Assembly: GCF_048593235.1 (NCBI RefSeq)
Contig: NC_133619.1
Location: 636,780,558-636,844,557, forward strand
Direction of reading: 5' to 3'
Length of the DNA stretch: 64,000 bases
Origin: Sminthopsis crassicaudata
Taxonomy: Eukaryota
The notes under the pieces are model-generated. The model saw nothing but the letters and a program-made list of their open reading frames with translations. It did not search any database and was not told where the DNA came from. The position numbers were made by a program, and so were the translations under genes. This document shows positions 9,614 through 20,975 of the stretch, piece by piece (within the stretch, counting starts at the first letter, position 1; every line of letters begins with the position of its first letter).

Positions 9614-9725
9614 TGTCATTAGCCCCATTTTATAAATGCTGGAACTGAAGGTCAGAGAGGTTGAATAACTGGACCCTGATTGCACAGCTGGTAAGTGCCA
9701 GAGCCAGATTTTCTGCCTTCAGGTC
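9614..9725 (-). mobile_element. MIR-family SINE fragment
   Basis: ccccattttataaatgctggaactgaaggtcagagagg...gcacagctggtaag resembles the reverse MIR core. Confidence 0.6.
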
Positions 9726-9759
9726 TGTTATTCTTTCTACTGCACTATGAATCCTCCTT

Positions 9760-11895
9760 CAAAGAGACAGAGAAGAAGAAAGAGAGACAAAGAAGTGGAG
9801 AGACAGAGAGATTCAGAGAGAGACAGGAAGAGAGACACAGACAGAAGAAAAAGATAGAGACAGAGTGAGAGAGACAGAGACAGAGACAGAGAAACAGACA
9901 GAGACACATCCACAGAGAGAGAAAGGAGGAAGACAGAGATGGAGACAGAGAAAGACAGAGATAGAGATTCAGAGAGACAGGAAGAGCCAAAGAGACAGAG
10001 ACAGAGAAGAAGAAAGAGAGATGGAGACAGAAAGATTTAGAGACAGACAGAAAAAGATAGAGACAAAGAATGAGAGAGACAGACACAGAGAGATAGACAG
10101 AGACACAGATACACAGAGACAGAAGGAAGAAGTCAGAGATGGAGACAGAGAAAGACAGAGATGGAGATTCAAAGAGACAAGAAGAGCCAAAGAGACAGAG
10201 ACAGAGAAGAAGAAAGAGAAATGGAGACAAAAAGATTCAGAGACAGAGACAGAAAAAGAGACTGAGAGACAGACACAGACACAGACACAGAGAGAGACAG
10301 AGATGGAGACAGAGACAGATTCAGAGACAGGAAGAGCCAGAGAGAGAGTGGGAGGGAAGGAGGAGGAGGGAGAGGAAAGAGATTGGGGGTGGGAGTGGGA
10401 ACGAGGAGAGAGTGGGAGATAAGAATTCTTAGGCAGAAGGACAGTGAGTGGGCTGAGTAGAAAATTTCTAGAGCCAGAATTAGGTAGAGCTAGGGATGGG
10501 GACCTGAGAAGATTGGGGGATGATGAGGAACCTGTGTCCTGGCAGAGACTGTATCCTGTGGCCTGGGAGGACTCGTTGTGCAGAATGCTTGGTCGAGAGC
10601 AAGGAGGGGCAAGCAGGGACAATGGCCTAGACGTCACCCCTTGTCCCAGGACATCTTGAGCCAGAGAACAAAGCTGCCTCACCCCAATCTGGAGCCAGGA
10701 GTGCACTGCCCGGGTCACTTGTTCAGGGACAAGGAGAGATGGAGAAGAAAGCACAAAAGATCATGGTGAGGGCAATGTAGGGAGGACAAAGGGGGGACAA
10801 TGTAAAGGTGAAATAAATAGTGGAAGAAATAGTAGAAGAGGGCAGAATTTGGATAAACATGGAGAGCACAGTATGAGGAGATACGGGGTGACAAAACAAT
10901 GAGGGGAATAATAAACAGAATGGATGACGGAGTGAGGAAAGTAGGGGGGAGCAAGTTTGTGGAGGGCCAAGGCAAAAGCAAACAGAAAGAATGAGTAATA
11001 ATGTGGGAAACAGTGGTGAGGAGAGGGGAGAGATGGGAAAACACTGGGGCAATGCAGATCCAAGGGGGACAGATGTGAGAAGCAGTGATGGAGGAGACAG
11101 CGTTGGAGAGAAACCACAATGGGGGATGGGCTGTGGGGGACCGTATGGAGGGCAGATGTAAAGCTAGTGCATGTAGGGAGCATGAGGGAGAAAAAGGAGG
11201 TGGGGTGGGCAAAGATTGGATGTAGCTGGGGGACAGTGTGGAGGGGATATAATAGAGACATTAGAGGAAAGGGGGGATGGAGGAGTAGAAGTGTCAGAGG
11301 GAAGTAGAGGGAGGGGAGAAGGTGGCTTGGGAGACAATTTAGGGAAAGAGTGGAAAGGGTCATAGGGTATTGTTCAAAGGGCATGGGAACAGTGTGGGAG
11401 GTTGTAAGGGAACATGGAGAAAGGAGTGCTGGGAGTGTAGTGAAGACAGTGTGGGGAGACAGAAGAACTCAGAGAGACGTTATGGGGAGACCCATATTAG
11501 AGGGGCAGTGTCAAGGATGGGGGGAGTAGTGGGGACGATGGGGTGGAGCAGGGACCCCTGAAAGGCTTCCCAGAACATACACTGAGGGGACACGGGGGAG
11601 AATGAGGAAGCAGCTTGTACAGGATATGGGGGACTGTGGTGGGGACTTGTGGGCAGTAAAGGAAGGACTCCGGGATCCCTGAGAGGAACACGGGGACCCC
11701 AGGGAGGGATGAACCATGTGACGTGTCTGAGAGGCTGACAAGAAAGAGACTGGGATTGAAGTTGGGTGGGGAGGAGATAGAGAGGGACAGGCAAAGAAGA
11801 GAATCAGAGGAAGAGAGAAATGGGATGGAAAGGCAAGAGAAAGAGAAAGAAAGGGACAGAGGAGAGGCAAAGGAAGGGGAACACAGGCAGATGAG
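9760..11895. repeat. Long polypurine (GA-rich) low-complexity tract, including degenerate ~180-200 bp tandem copies at 9760-10350
   Basis: Seen directly: AGAGAC-type units followed by GGA/GGG-rich sequence. Confidence 0.85.
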
Positions 11896-12127
11896 NNNNN
11901 NNNNNNNNNNNNNNNNNNNNNNNNNNNNNNNNNNNNNNNNNNNNNNNNNNNNNNNNNNNNNNNNNNNNNNNNNNNNNNNNNNNNNNNNNNNNNNNNNNNN
12001 NNNNNNNNNNNNNNNNNNNNNNNNATAGGCAGGCACAATGGGGGGACAGTTCAGTAAATGGTGGGAAATTTGGAGGATGTGAAATAACACAACAGATAAT
12101 GAAGGGGACTGGATTGGAGTTATGGGG

Positions 12128-12281
12128 TAGTATTCTACTCTTTTTTTTTTTAATAGCTTTTTATTTAACAAAGCATATGCATGGGTAATTTCAGCATTGA
12201 CCCTTGCAAAACCTTCTGTTCCAATTTTCCCCCTCCTTCCCCCACCTCCCATGGCAGGTAGAACAATAGTATTCTACTCTT
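12128..12281 (-). mobile_element. 5'-truncated L1 3'-tail insertion with poly(A) and 15-bp target-site duplication
   Basis: TSD tagtattctactctt at 12128-12142 and 12267-12281, T-run, reverse polyA signal. The same tail family recurs at ~35260, ~44100, ~58100 and ~59800. Confidence 0.75.
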
Positions 12282-12365
12282 AGGGACACTCCCCAATTAG
12301 CCTCACACTGGTTGTGTTCTGGGAACAGCTAGGTGTTAAAGTGGATGAAGTGCCAGTTCAGAGGT

Positions 12366-12555
12366 CAGGAAAATTCATCTTCCTGAGTTCAAATCCAGAC
12401 CTGTGACCCTAGGAAAGTCACTTCACCCTATTTGCCTCAGTTTCCCCCTTTGTGAAATGAGCCGGGGAAGGAAATGGAAAATCAATCTAGTCTCTCTGCC
12501 AAGCAAACTCCAAATGGGGTGATGGAGAAGCAGACATGACTGAAAAATGACTTAA
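12366..12555 (+). mobile_element. MAR1-type SINE
   Basis: gagttcaaatcc B-box, CORE, and gaaggaaatgg...aaatgggg...gacatgactgaa tail. Confidence 0.7.
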
Positions 12556-12807
12556 TGAGAAAGTTCTATTCCTTTCCTTCGGCTCATCCAGTAAACTTTT
12601 ATTTCCTTTTGCAGAGAAAAATGTTTTACCACTCTGCACATGAGCAATCTCTGGTAACCCAAGATGGGTCTTAGCCATGTGTTTCTTCCCAAAGCCCTAT
12701 GGGGAAGGGGGATTAGGAAAAGGTCTGCTTACAGCTGAAGAAGGGAAGGGAACAGGGCAGGGGGGGGGGCGGAGAGAGAAGAAACTCCTTCCCTTCTCCC
12801 TCTTTAC

Positions 12808-12900
12808 CACTAGAACGTAAGCTCCTTGAAAGCAGGCCCTTTTAAATGTCTCCAGCCCCTAATACAATGCTTGGCACCTGATAGGCACTTAATGATTGAT
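12808..12900 (+). mobile_element. L2 3' end fragment
   Basis: tagaacgtaagctccttgaaagcagg...tgcttggcac..taggcacttaat. Confidence 0.6.
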
Positions 12901-14309
12901 TTCATTAATTAAAAAATGAAAAAAATGGGGTAGATGGAAGTAGAAACGACTCAATAATCTTCACTGACTGTAAGGCTAGTTAAAGGGAGGGATCTCTCGG
13001 TGCAGGAAGGCCCAAAGCAAAGACTGGAGGAACTCCTGCTTGTGGAAGGGCAGCCCCCCGGGGGGCTGGGTTCAGATTTGTCCCATCCCCCCAGTCCCCT
13101 GGCCTCAGCTCAGCTTCTCTGACCCATGAACCAGAAGCCAGCACTTGTGTCCTATGGAATTCCCTGGGACCTTGTGAATGGGCTCACAGATTTGGAGAAG
13201 GACAAAATCAAGCCTGACAGCCTCGCTTGGCAAATAGAGACCCTCAAGCAGAGGGAGGCCGTAGAACGTGTGTTCAAGTACTCAGTTATGGTGTTCAAAC
13301 TCAGGTCTTCCTGAGTGCAAGCTCACTGCCCTCTCTGAGCCTCCTGACTGGATGTGTGTGGGAAGGGGGGGGGCTTCAATCCCACTATTCAATTTATAGA
13401 CAGTCCAGATGGAGACGCCAGCCTCTCCCCAGCTCCGAAAACGTACCTTGGAATCGGTGGGCTCCCATCCAAATTGCTCTGGACTCTCTCTGATCTGGAG
13501 CCATTCTCTTTGGTGCTCTATGCTCTCCAGCCAAACTGGAGCCATTTTCCTAGCGGCCCCTCAGCCTGGAAGGCCTGCCCCTCCACCCCGTCTCACTTTC
13601 CCATCTAGTAGAATGCTATCCATCCCACAAAGCCTTCACTCTCTCCCCTGGTGAGGGCCAAGAGACCATGGTCCATCCCTCCCTTCCCCTTCCACGACCG
13701 GCTCTGAGAGCCCAACGCTTCCCCAGCAGCCCGGCTCCCACCTCCCCAGGGACTCTGGGTACGTCAGTCTTCCGAACAAGGTCAGGAGAAGCTGTGGACC
13801 ACAGCTGGAGAACTGGGGAGTTCTGGAGATGAGTGTTCCCTGGGGTAATGACCTGAATCCATCATCACTGATGAATTGGCTAGGCCGTGGCCTTCCTGTT
13901 GGCTACAAGAAACCACACAAGACCAGTGGGACGATGGCAACGTTGCCCAGGTCTGTCCTTGCTATGGCTGGTGCTGCTGAACAGCCATCTTGGGGGTCCC
14001 CCAAATCCTTAGTGACTGCAGGAAAACCTCCTCTTAGCCCCCCTTCCAGCGGACCCAGGAGCGTCTCTGTGTCATCATGGAGTGGGGGCATAAAATGGAG
14101 GTCAGGGTATTGGAGCTAGAGGTAGGAGATCTGGCTTCAGATCTCCCTCCTCAGACTCTGGGCGAGACACTNNNNNNNNNNNNNNNNNNNNNNNNNNNNN
14201 NNNNNNNNNNNNNNNNNNNNNNNNNNNNNNNNNNNNNNNNNNNNNNNNNNNNNNNNNNNNNNNNNNNNNNNNNNNNNNNNNNNNNNNNNNNNNNNNNNNN
14301 NNNNNNNNN

Positions 14310-14376
14310 GAGACCAGATTTGAACTCAGGTCCTCCTGAATTCAGGGTTGGTGCTCTATCCACCGTGCCACCTAGC
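14310..14376 (-). mobile_element. tRNA-derived SINE 5' head adjacent to an N gap
   Basis: Reverse of ggggcagctaggtggcac.gtggatagagcacca.ccctgaattcaggaggacctgagttcaaatc. Confidence 0.75.
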
Positions 14377-15751
14377 TGCCCCCTAAATCTGATAGGTTTG
14401 AACCAGGCAGCCTCGAAGCCTGCCCAGCAGCTTGTGATCCTCGAATCCCCCCATGTTATTCCAGACCAAAACCATTTCCTGGGACTCAGACCAAACCCAG
14501 ACTTTTCTGGCCAACACTCGGGGCTCTTTGCCATCTAGAGCCATCCCTCGTGACACTTACACTCCCCACTCCAGGCAAACTGGAGAAAATGGCCTTTGGG
14601 ATCCCCCAGATGACCTTCCCGCCTGAAGGTTGGCCCATCCAGCCCACACTGCCCCGTCCCATCTGTCCTTAGAGGCCCAGTTCAGGCACCTTCTCCCGAC
14701 ACAAAGTCCTGACCTCTTCTTCAGCCCTGTGCCTCTCCCCGGGCTCTGGCCCTGTCATCCTAGCCATCGTTCAGGGGGTGACTGGCAGAGTATCACGGAC
14801 TCACAGGTAGAAGGGCCTGGCGAGCCATGGAGCTCATTTTACAAGTGAGGGTGCTGAGCCCGAGAGGATGCTCCCTGCCCTGGAAAGGAGGGACAGGAGT
14901 AGAGAGGATGAACTGAGCCCACAGAGGAGAGCCCTGGGTATGAGAAGGTTCTCCTTATGTCACCGGGCTCCAGGAGGAAGATCCAGAAAACCAGGATCCC
15001 AGAGAAGCGGCTGGCTCCTGCCAACTCTCCGAACATGTGAGAGGCTTGGTTCAGGTCTCTAAGCTCCTTCTACCTGTGACATCTGGGGATCCCGCCATTA
15101 GTCAAACCCGGCTGGACTGACCCACCCCCAATCTCACCAAATCAGGCCCTGACCATCAGAGGGATGCCAGTCTCATGGCTGTCCTATTCTGGTTGGGTTA
15201 AAAGGGAGACCTGCCCTGGCTGCTGGGGACTTCCCCAGCCCCCGGCCTCGAGCCCCTGGTGACACACGTGGCCCTGGTCTGGAGGGGAGTTTTCTGACAG
15301 GGTGTGAGTGAGGGTGATGACCACCCCAGATGGACGGGTGTCTGAATGGATAGACAGACAGATAAGGGAACGAATGAGGCCAGAGTTTAGAAAAATAGGT
15401 TCTCTTGACATAATCTCCATAGTGTCCCCACTTTCCCGCCAAGTCCCTTGCGGGATTGTTAAAAATAGGAGGTTGGGCAGGAGCCACGAGGTGGGCCAGC
15501 ATCCAAGAATGGACTCCCCCCATGCCCCTTCTCGGCCCAGCCTCAGCCCCTGGCGTCTGCTCTGAACACGTCCATCCCTGGGGCCGGGGCTGGGAGCGCC
15601 TGGGAGGCCAGGCCAGGCTGGGCCAAAGAACATCTCAGGGCCAAGGCCAGGTCTCAAGGCATCCAATGGGCCAAGATGGAGCCAGGCTGAGACTGGAGAT
15701 ATTCTAGGGAGCAGTCCAGAGCTAGGGACATCGGAAGGGCTTCACTCGGGA

Positions 15752-18464
15752 TCATTGCCCTCCACGTTCATGAGCGAGCCGGCCCCGAGGCCCCCTTGAA
15801 GGCTCGAAGTCCAGTTGTACCAAGGTGTGCCCCTTGACGGGGGTTGGAGGCGTAGGGTCTGAGTCTGAGGCTGAGCTCTCGGGCCCCGATGCCGGAGCCC
15901 CGCCGTTGGTCTGGGAGCAGACGCTGCTGACTCCTCCCCGAGTCGCGGGCTTGCCCGGAGGCTGGTCCCCATGCACCTTGTATCGGAGCAGCAGTAGGAA
16001 AATGAAGCCCAGCACAGAGGCGACAATAACGCCCCCCAGAGCGATGATCATGGTGCCCCCGAGGACGGGCGCCCCTGAGTGTGGCGAGCGGCACGGCCGC
16101 AGCTCCGGCTCTGTGGAAAAGCGGGCACAGCCCACGGCCCGCGTGGCCGTCAGCCCGGTGGCCCCATCCTCCGACACTGCCAGCACACAGAGGTCATAGG
16201 TGCGCCCCGACACCAGGTCCGTCAGGTGGAAGGAGCGGCTTCCAGCGGGAACCATCCTGCAAACAAGAAGGGACTGAGCCTGGCTTCGGGCCTAGGATGG
16301 GCCCTCCCAAGAACAGAAGCTTGCTCCTTTCTTCTCTATTCCCTGATCCCTGATCCCAGCATCAAATAGGCCCGGTCCAGGGCCCAGCACCAAATGGGCC
16401 TGGCACTAAAAGGGCCTGGCCCTGAATGGGCCCAGCACCGAATGGGCCTGGCCCCAAATGGGCCTGGCACTTTAAGGGCCCAGCCCTGAATGGGCCCGGG
16501 CCCCGAATGGGCCTTGGGTAAATGCTGGAGCTCCCCTCCCCCTTTCTCTCCCACACCTCCCTGCTGACCTCCCTTCCTCCTCTGCCTTCCATACCCACAT
16601 CTCTCCACTCCTCCTGGCTTAGTCCCACTCTTAAGAGTGACTCTTTTTGTCTCAGACGCCCCATTTCCTTTCAGCTCTGCCACCGGGTCCATTTTTAGCC
16701 AACTTCCAGGTTTTTTATTAGCTTCCTCCCCCAAGTTCCTCCTAATTCCACCATTCAGTGTCATCTTCACCCCAATCATAGATTGAAAGCCAGAAGGGGC
16801 CTAAGAGTCCAATCCTCCCATTTTACAGATAAGAAAACAGGTCCTAGGACTTTCAGGGATTTGCCTAGGCCCAGGGCTAGTAGATATCAGAGGCAGGATT
16901 TGCCCTGAATCTCCCCCTCCCCCCACACCTGCACAGTCCTGTTTTCACCCACAGGCCTCCTCCTCCTCACTCACCTGTAGACCAGGATATCATCGGCGGA
17001 GCTGTTGTACTGGATCTGGTACATGCGGAGGCCGGGGACGGGCCCGTGGTCGGGCCAGCGGATGAGGGCGGCTGTGGCGCTGCGCTCGGCCACCTGGACG
17101 CTGCCCCCTTCGCCGTCCCCGTCGTGTTCGGGGGCCTGTGGGAGCCCGGCCCGGGGATCCATGGGGGCCAGGGACGAAGAGGCCGATGAAGAGGAGGGAG
17201 TGAGAGGGATCCCCCCCTTCTCCGTCCTCTCCTTCCGCGCGGGGCTCACAGCTGGTACTGTTGGCCAGCTGGGGTGGGGGTGGCCCCACGGTGAGCTCCA
17301 CAGAGGCGGTAGCTTCTCCGGCAGCATTAGCCGCGATGCAGGTGAAGACGCCGCCGTCGCCAGGCGTGGCTGCCAGCAGCTCCAGCGTCCCGTTGGGAAA
17401 GGCCCGAGTGCGACTGGAGTTCCCCAGAAGCCGGCCTCGGGGGGACACCCAGCGGACTCGGGGCTCGGGGTCCCCAGCAGCCCGACAGCGCAGGGAGGCG
17501 GTGCGGCCCTCGGGCACGGCTACCGGTGGGGACCGGTGGGTGACCACCGGAGGCTCACACACGAACTCGTCCTCTCGCACGGCCCAGAAGGAGCGGCCTC
17601 CCAGGGCCGGGGGTGAGGCACAGGCCTCCAGGTCATCCTCCCGGGCCAGCCTCCTCAGCCACACCAGCTCACAGTTGCAGTGGAGCGGATTCCCCCCGAA
17701 GGCTAGTACCAGGGCCGAGGCCGGTGCTCCCGGTCTGGGCCGGGACAGCACGGGAAGCCGGGAAAAAAGTGGGTCCGGAGGGATGGTGGTCAGCCGGTTA
17801 GCCGTCATGTCCAGCCTGGCCAGCTTGTGCAGCCCAGCGAAGGCCCCCGCGGGGACGGCCGCCAGCAAGTTATGGTCCAGGCCCAGGGTGTTGACGTTGG
17901 CCAGCCGGGCCACGGCGTCCCAGGGCAGCGCCTCCAAATTGTTGTAGCTGAGGTCCAGGTCCTCCAGGGTCTCGGCACAGTCAGCCAGGGCTCCCGCGCC
18001 AGGACGCCCAGCTGGTTGTTGGCCAGGATGAGGTGGCGCAGGCTGACCAGCCCCCGAAGCTGGGCCGCGCCTAAGGAGGACAGGCGGTTGCCGTCCAGGT
18101 GCAGGGCGCGCAGGGCGCGCAGGTCGGCAAAGGCCCCGGGCGCGATGTGGGCCAGCGTGTTGCGGCTGAGGCTGAGGTGCAGCAGGCCCGTCATGTTGGC
18201 CAGGTCCCGGCGCCTAACCGAGGCTATGAAGTTGTCGGGGAGACGAAGCTCGGACGCCCTGCGGTCCAGTCCCGGGGGCACAAAGAGCAGGCCGGCTCCC
18301 GGGCACAGCACGCTCCGGGGGGGCGAGGAGGTCTGGCATCGGCAGCGCCGGGGGCAGGGCCCCGAAACCGAACCGTCGGGCGCCGACGCCGGTCCCACCG
18401 CGCTGGCAGCCCCCGGCTGTGGGGGGCCCAGAGCCAACAGGCACAGAAGCGGCAGGCCCAGCAT
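15752..18464 (-). CDS. LRFN3: LRFN3 (SALM4): LRR-Ig-FN3-TM synaptic adhesion protein. Coding exons 16975-18464 and 15752-16256; two frame disruptions in this sequence (~17996 and 17211-17217)
   Basis: [71 protein letters not shown]|MVP and [17 protein letters not shown]. No C-terminal ESTV PDZ motif, as expected for SALM4. Syntenic next to TYROBP. Confidence 0.95.
16776..16903 (-). mobile_element. MIR-like SINE in the LRFN3 intron
   Basis: ccccattttacagataagaaaac core in reverse orientation. Confidence 0.55.
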
Positions 18465-18569
18465 CCTCACTCCACGGCTACAGAGGCTGGCACCCGGGAG
18501 CCCTGGGGAGAGAGGCAGGGCCCGGGGTCAGGGCAGCTGGCACAGAGTGGGCCAGAAACCCGGCATGGG

Positions 18570-19090
18570 CAGAGACCAGGGGTGGGGGCAGAGGCCAGGG
18601 GTGGGGGCAGAGACCCATGGAGAGGCGCGGGGTGGGGAGAGGTGTGGGGTGGGAGCAGAGACCCATGGAGAGGTGCGGGGTGGGCAGAGACCCGGGGTGG
18701 GCAGAGACCCGGGGTGGGGGCAGAGACCCCGGGGTGGGCAGAGACCCAGGGTGGGCAGAGACCCCGGGGTGGGCAGAGACCCAGGGTGGGGGCAGAGACC
18801 CATGGAGAGGCGCGGGGTGGGCAGAGACCCGGGGTGGGCAGAGACCAGGGGTGGGGGCAGAGACCAGGGGTGGGGGCAGAGACCCATGGAGAGGCGCGGG
18901 GTGGGGAGAGGTGTGGGGTGGGGGCAGAGACCCATGGAGAGGTGCGGGGTGGGCAGAGACCCGGGGTGGGGGCAGAGACCCGGGGTGGGGGCAGAGACCC
19001 GGGGTGGGGGCAGAGACCCGGGGTGGGGGCAGAGACCCGGGGTGGGCAGAGACCCATGGAGAGGCGCGGGGTGGGCAGAGACATGGGGAG
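18570..19090. repeat. G-rich ~19-20 bp VNTR (GGGGTGGGGGCAGAGACCC and variants) in LRFN3 intron 1
   Basis: Seen directly. Confidence 0.92.
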
Positions 19091-19238
19091 ACAGAGGGGC
19101 AGAGACGCAGAGATCCGGCCAGAGTTTAAGACAGACACAGAGAGAGGGGCAGAAGCAGAGAAGGACCCAGGAGAGCTCCGGGCCGGGAGGGAGTGAGCCG
19201 AGCCTCAGACACCCAGGAGCTGGGCCGGAGCCGCACAC

Positions 19239-19298
19239 AGTCCGGGGCAGGGGAGTCCGGGGCAGGGGAGTCCGGGGCAGGGGAGTCCGGGGCAGGGG
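19239..19298. repeat. 15-mer AGTCCGGGGCAGGGG x4
   Basis: Four perfect copies. Confidence 0.92.
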
Positions 19299-19473
19299 AG
19301 CCCGAGGACCGGGCCCGGAGCGGGGGCACCGTCCGGAGAGAGACAGTCCGGGGAGAGACAGACACACACACAGATAGGAGCCACGGACAGGGCCCGAGCC
19401 ACGGGGACGAGCCACCGGAGCCAGAAGGCATCCCCGGAGCCCGGACCGTGGACAGCGCCGGCTCGCCTCTTAC

Positions 19474-20400
19474 CTGGAGCCCCCTGGGCGGGGTCACAGG
19501 TCACAGATCGCCCGGGCCCGGACCCCTGGGGCCCAGGCCCACGAGGCCCCGGGCCGGATCAGGCCGTGGTTCGAGCCCCGCCAATCCCCGGCTGCGGCTC
19601 GGTCTCCGACTCCCGGGCGCCGGGCACACGCGTGGGGGGTGGGGAGACGCGGGGCAGGGCGGGGCCGGGCGGGCAGGAGGCCGGGGCCCGGGGCGCGGGG
19701 GCCATGGGGGGCGCCGGACCGCCGGGCCGCGCGTGGGGGCGGAGGCGGCGCCGCAGCGGCGGTGGCGGTGGAGGCGGCGGCGGCAGCGGTAACAGCGGCG
19801 GCAGCAGCAGCAGCAGCAGCGGCCGCCGCCGCGCGGGGCCGGGGGGGAGGGGCCGCGGGCCGCAGGAGGCCCCGCCCCGCCCCGCGCGTGGCCGTGGCCG
19901 TGGCCCAGGAGCCGGGTGGGGGGGAGCGCCCACGCGGGGCCGGGCCGGAGGGGGAGAGGGAGGACGAGGGGGACGAGGCGAAGCCGCCGCCGCCGCCGCC
20001 GCCGCCGCCCTGAGACTCCCCCCGGGTCTGTTCCGCGCGTGGCGGCCTCCGCGAGGGTCGCTCCGGGAACCCAGGGCCGGGCGCAGGCGCGGCCCCGATT
20101 AAAGGCGAAGGCGCGGTCTCGATTAAAGGGACAGGAGCTCCTCGATTAAAGGCAAAGGCAAAGGCAAAGGCGCGACCCCGATTAAAGGCGACCAGCCTTG
20201 GGAGACTCCCGTTGCGGGTGAACGCCGGCCCCAGGCCGGGGGAACCCTGGAGTCCTCCCCCGCCCGCGGGGCCGAAACTCAGGTCGCCCCTCCCGCACCC
20301 TCGCGCCGTCCCGGGGGCCGGTTCATCCCCCGCCCCGCCCTTATCCTCGGACCCTCCATTCTCCGACATCTGCCCGCCCATCCTCAGAGAGAGCCCCTAG
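19474..20400 (-). promoter_or_regulatory. LRFN3 CpG-island promoter and non-coding exon 1 (donor CAG|GTAAGA at 19474, spliced to the acceptor at 18502)
   Basis: Dense CpG, GGC/GCA and GCC triplet runs, canonical donor, and a pyrimidine-rich acceptor 38 nt before the ATG. The TSS position is unknown. Confidence 0.7.
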
Positions 20401-20975
20401 TGGTCCCCACCCCGTGACCCTCCATCCTTTAACCCCTCCCTTCCCCATTGTCTGCCCTTCCTTCCGAACCTCCATCTCCCCCTCATTCTCTGACTCCCCC
20501 ATCCTCAAACCTCTTTGAGGTCCTTCATGCTGACCCTCCATCTTCCCCCTGTCCACCCGACCCCCGGCCCTCTGGCGCCCGGTCCTCGGCCCCCCATCCT
20601 TGGGCTCCCACATCCCTGGGAACTCTCGGCTCCCTGGGGGATTCAGGCCAAATGCCAACGTCTGCAAGAAGCCACCGCCCCACCTGTTCGTGCGCCCTTG
20701 GGTGGGCGCTTGTTCTGTATCCGTCCTGTATTTATTAGACTATAAACAAGCTGTGTCCCCAGTCAGATGTTAAAATGTGACATCTCCGGGGCAGGGGCTA
20801 ATTTACTTCTACAGCTGCATTCCCAGCACCAGAGCTGGCGTGTAACAGATAATAATATCTGCCTGCTTGTTAAGCACCTACTATGTGCACTGAGCACTGG
20901 GAGTACAAATTTAAAAGCGAATCATTCCCTGCCTTCCAAGCCTTGATATTCTCCTGGAGGGTAACTGGAGGAGAG

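Noticed and set aside
13126-13545. Short ORFs and a minus-strand donor (CCAAG|GTACGT near 13446) between the FCGBP-like gene and LRFN3
   Set aside because: No recognisable protein similarity and no matching acceptor or phase chain. At most a non-coding exon.
15752-18464. Annotating LRFN3 as a pseudogene
   Set aside because: The protein is otherwise highly conserved, and similar single-base indels occur in APLP1 and the VNTR, so assembly error is more parsimonious.
19494-20381. 295-aa poly-Ala-containing ORF upstream of LRFN3
   Set aside because: Explained by GCC/GCT triplet runs in a CpG island. Its ATG probably lies upstream of the TSS.
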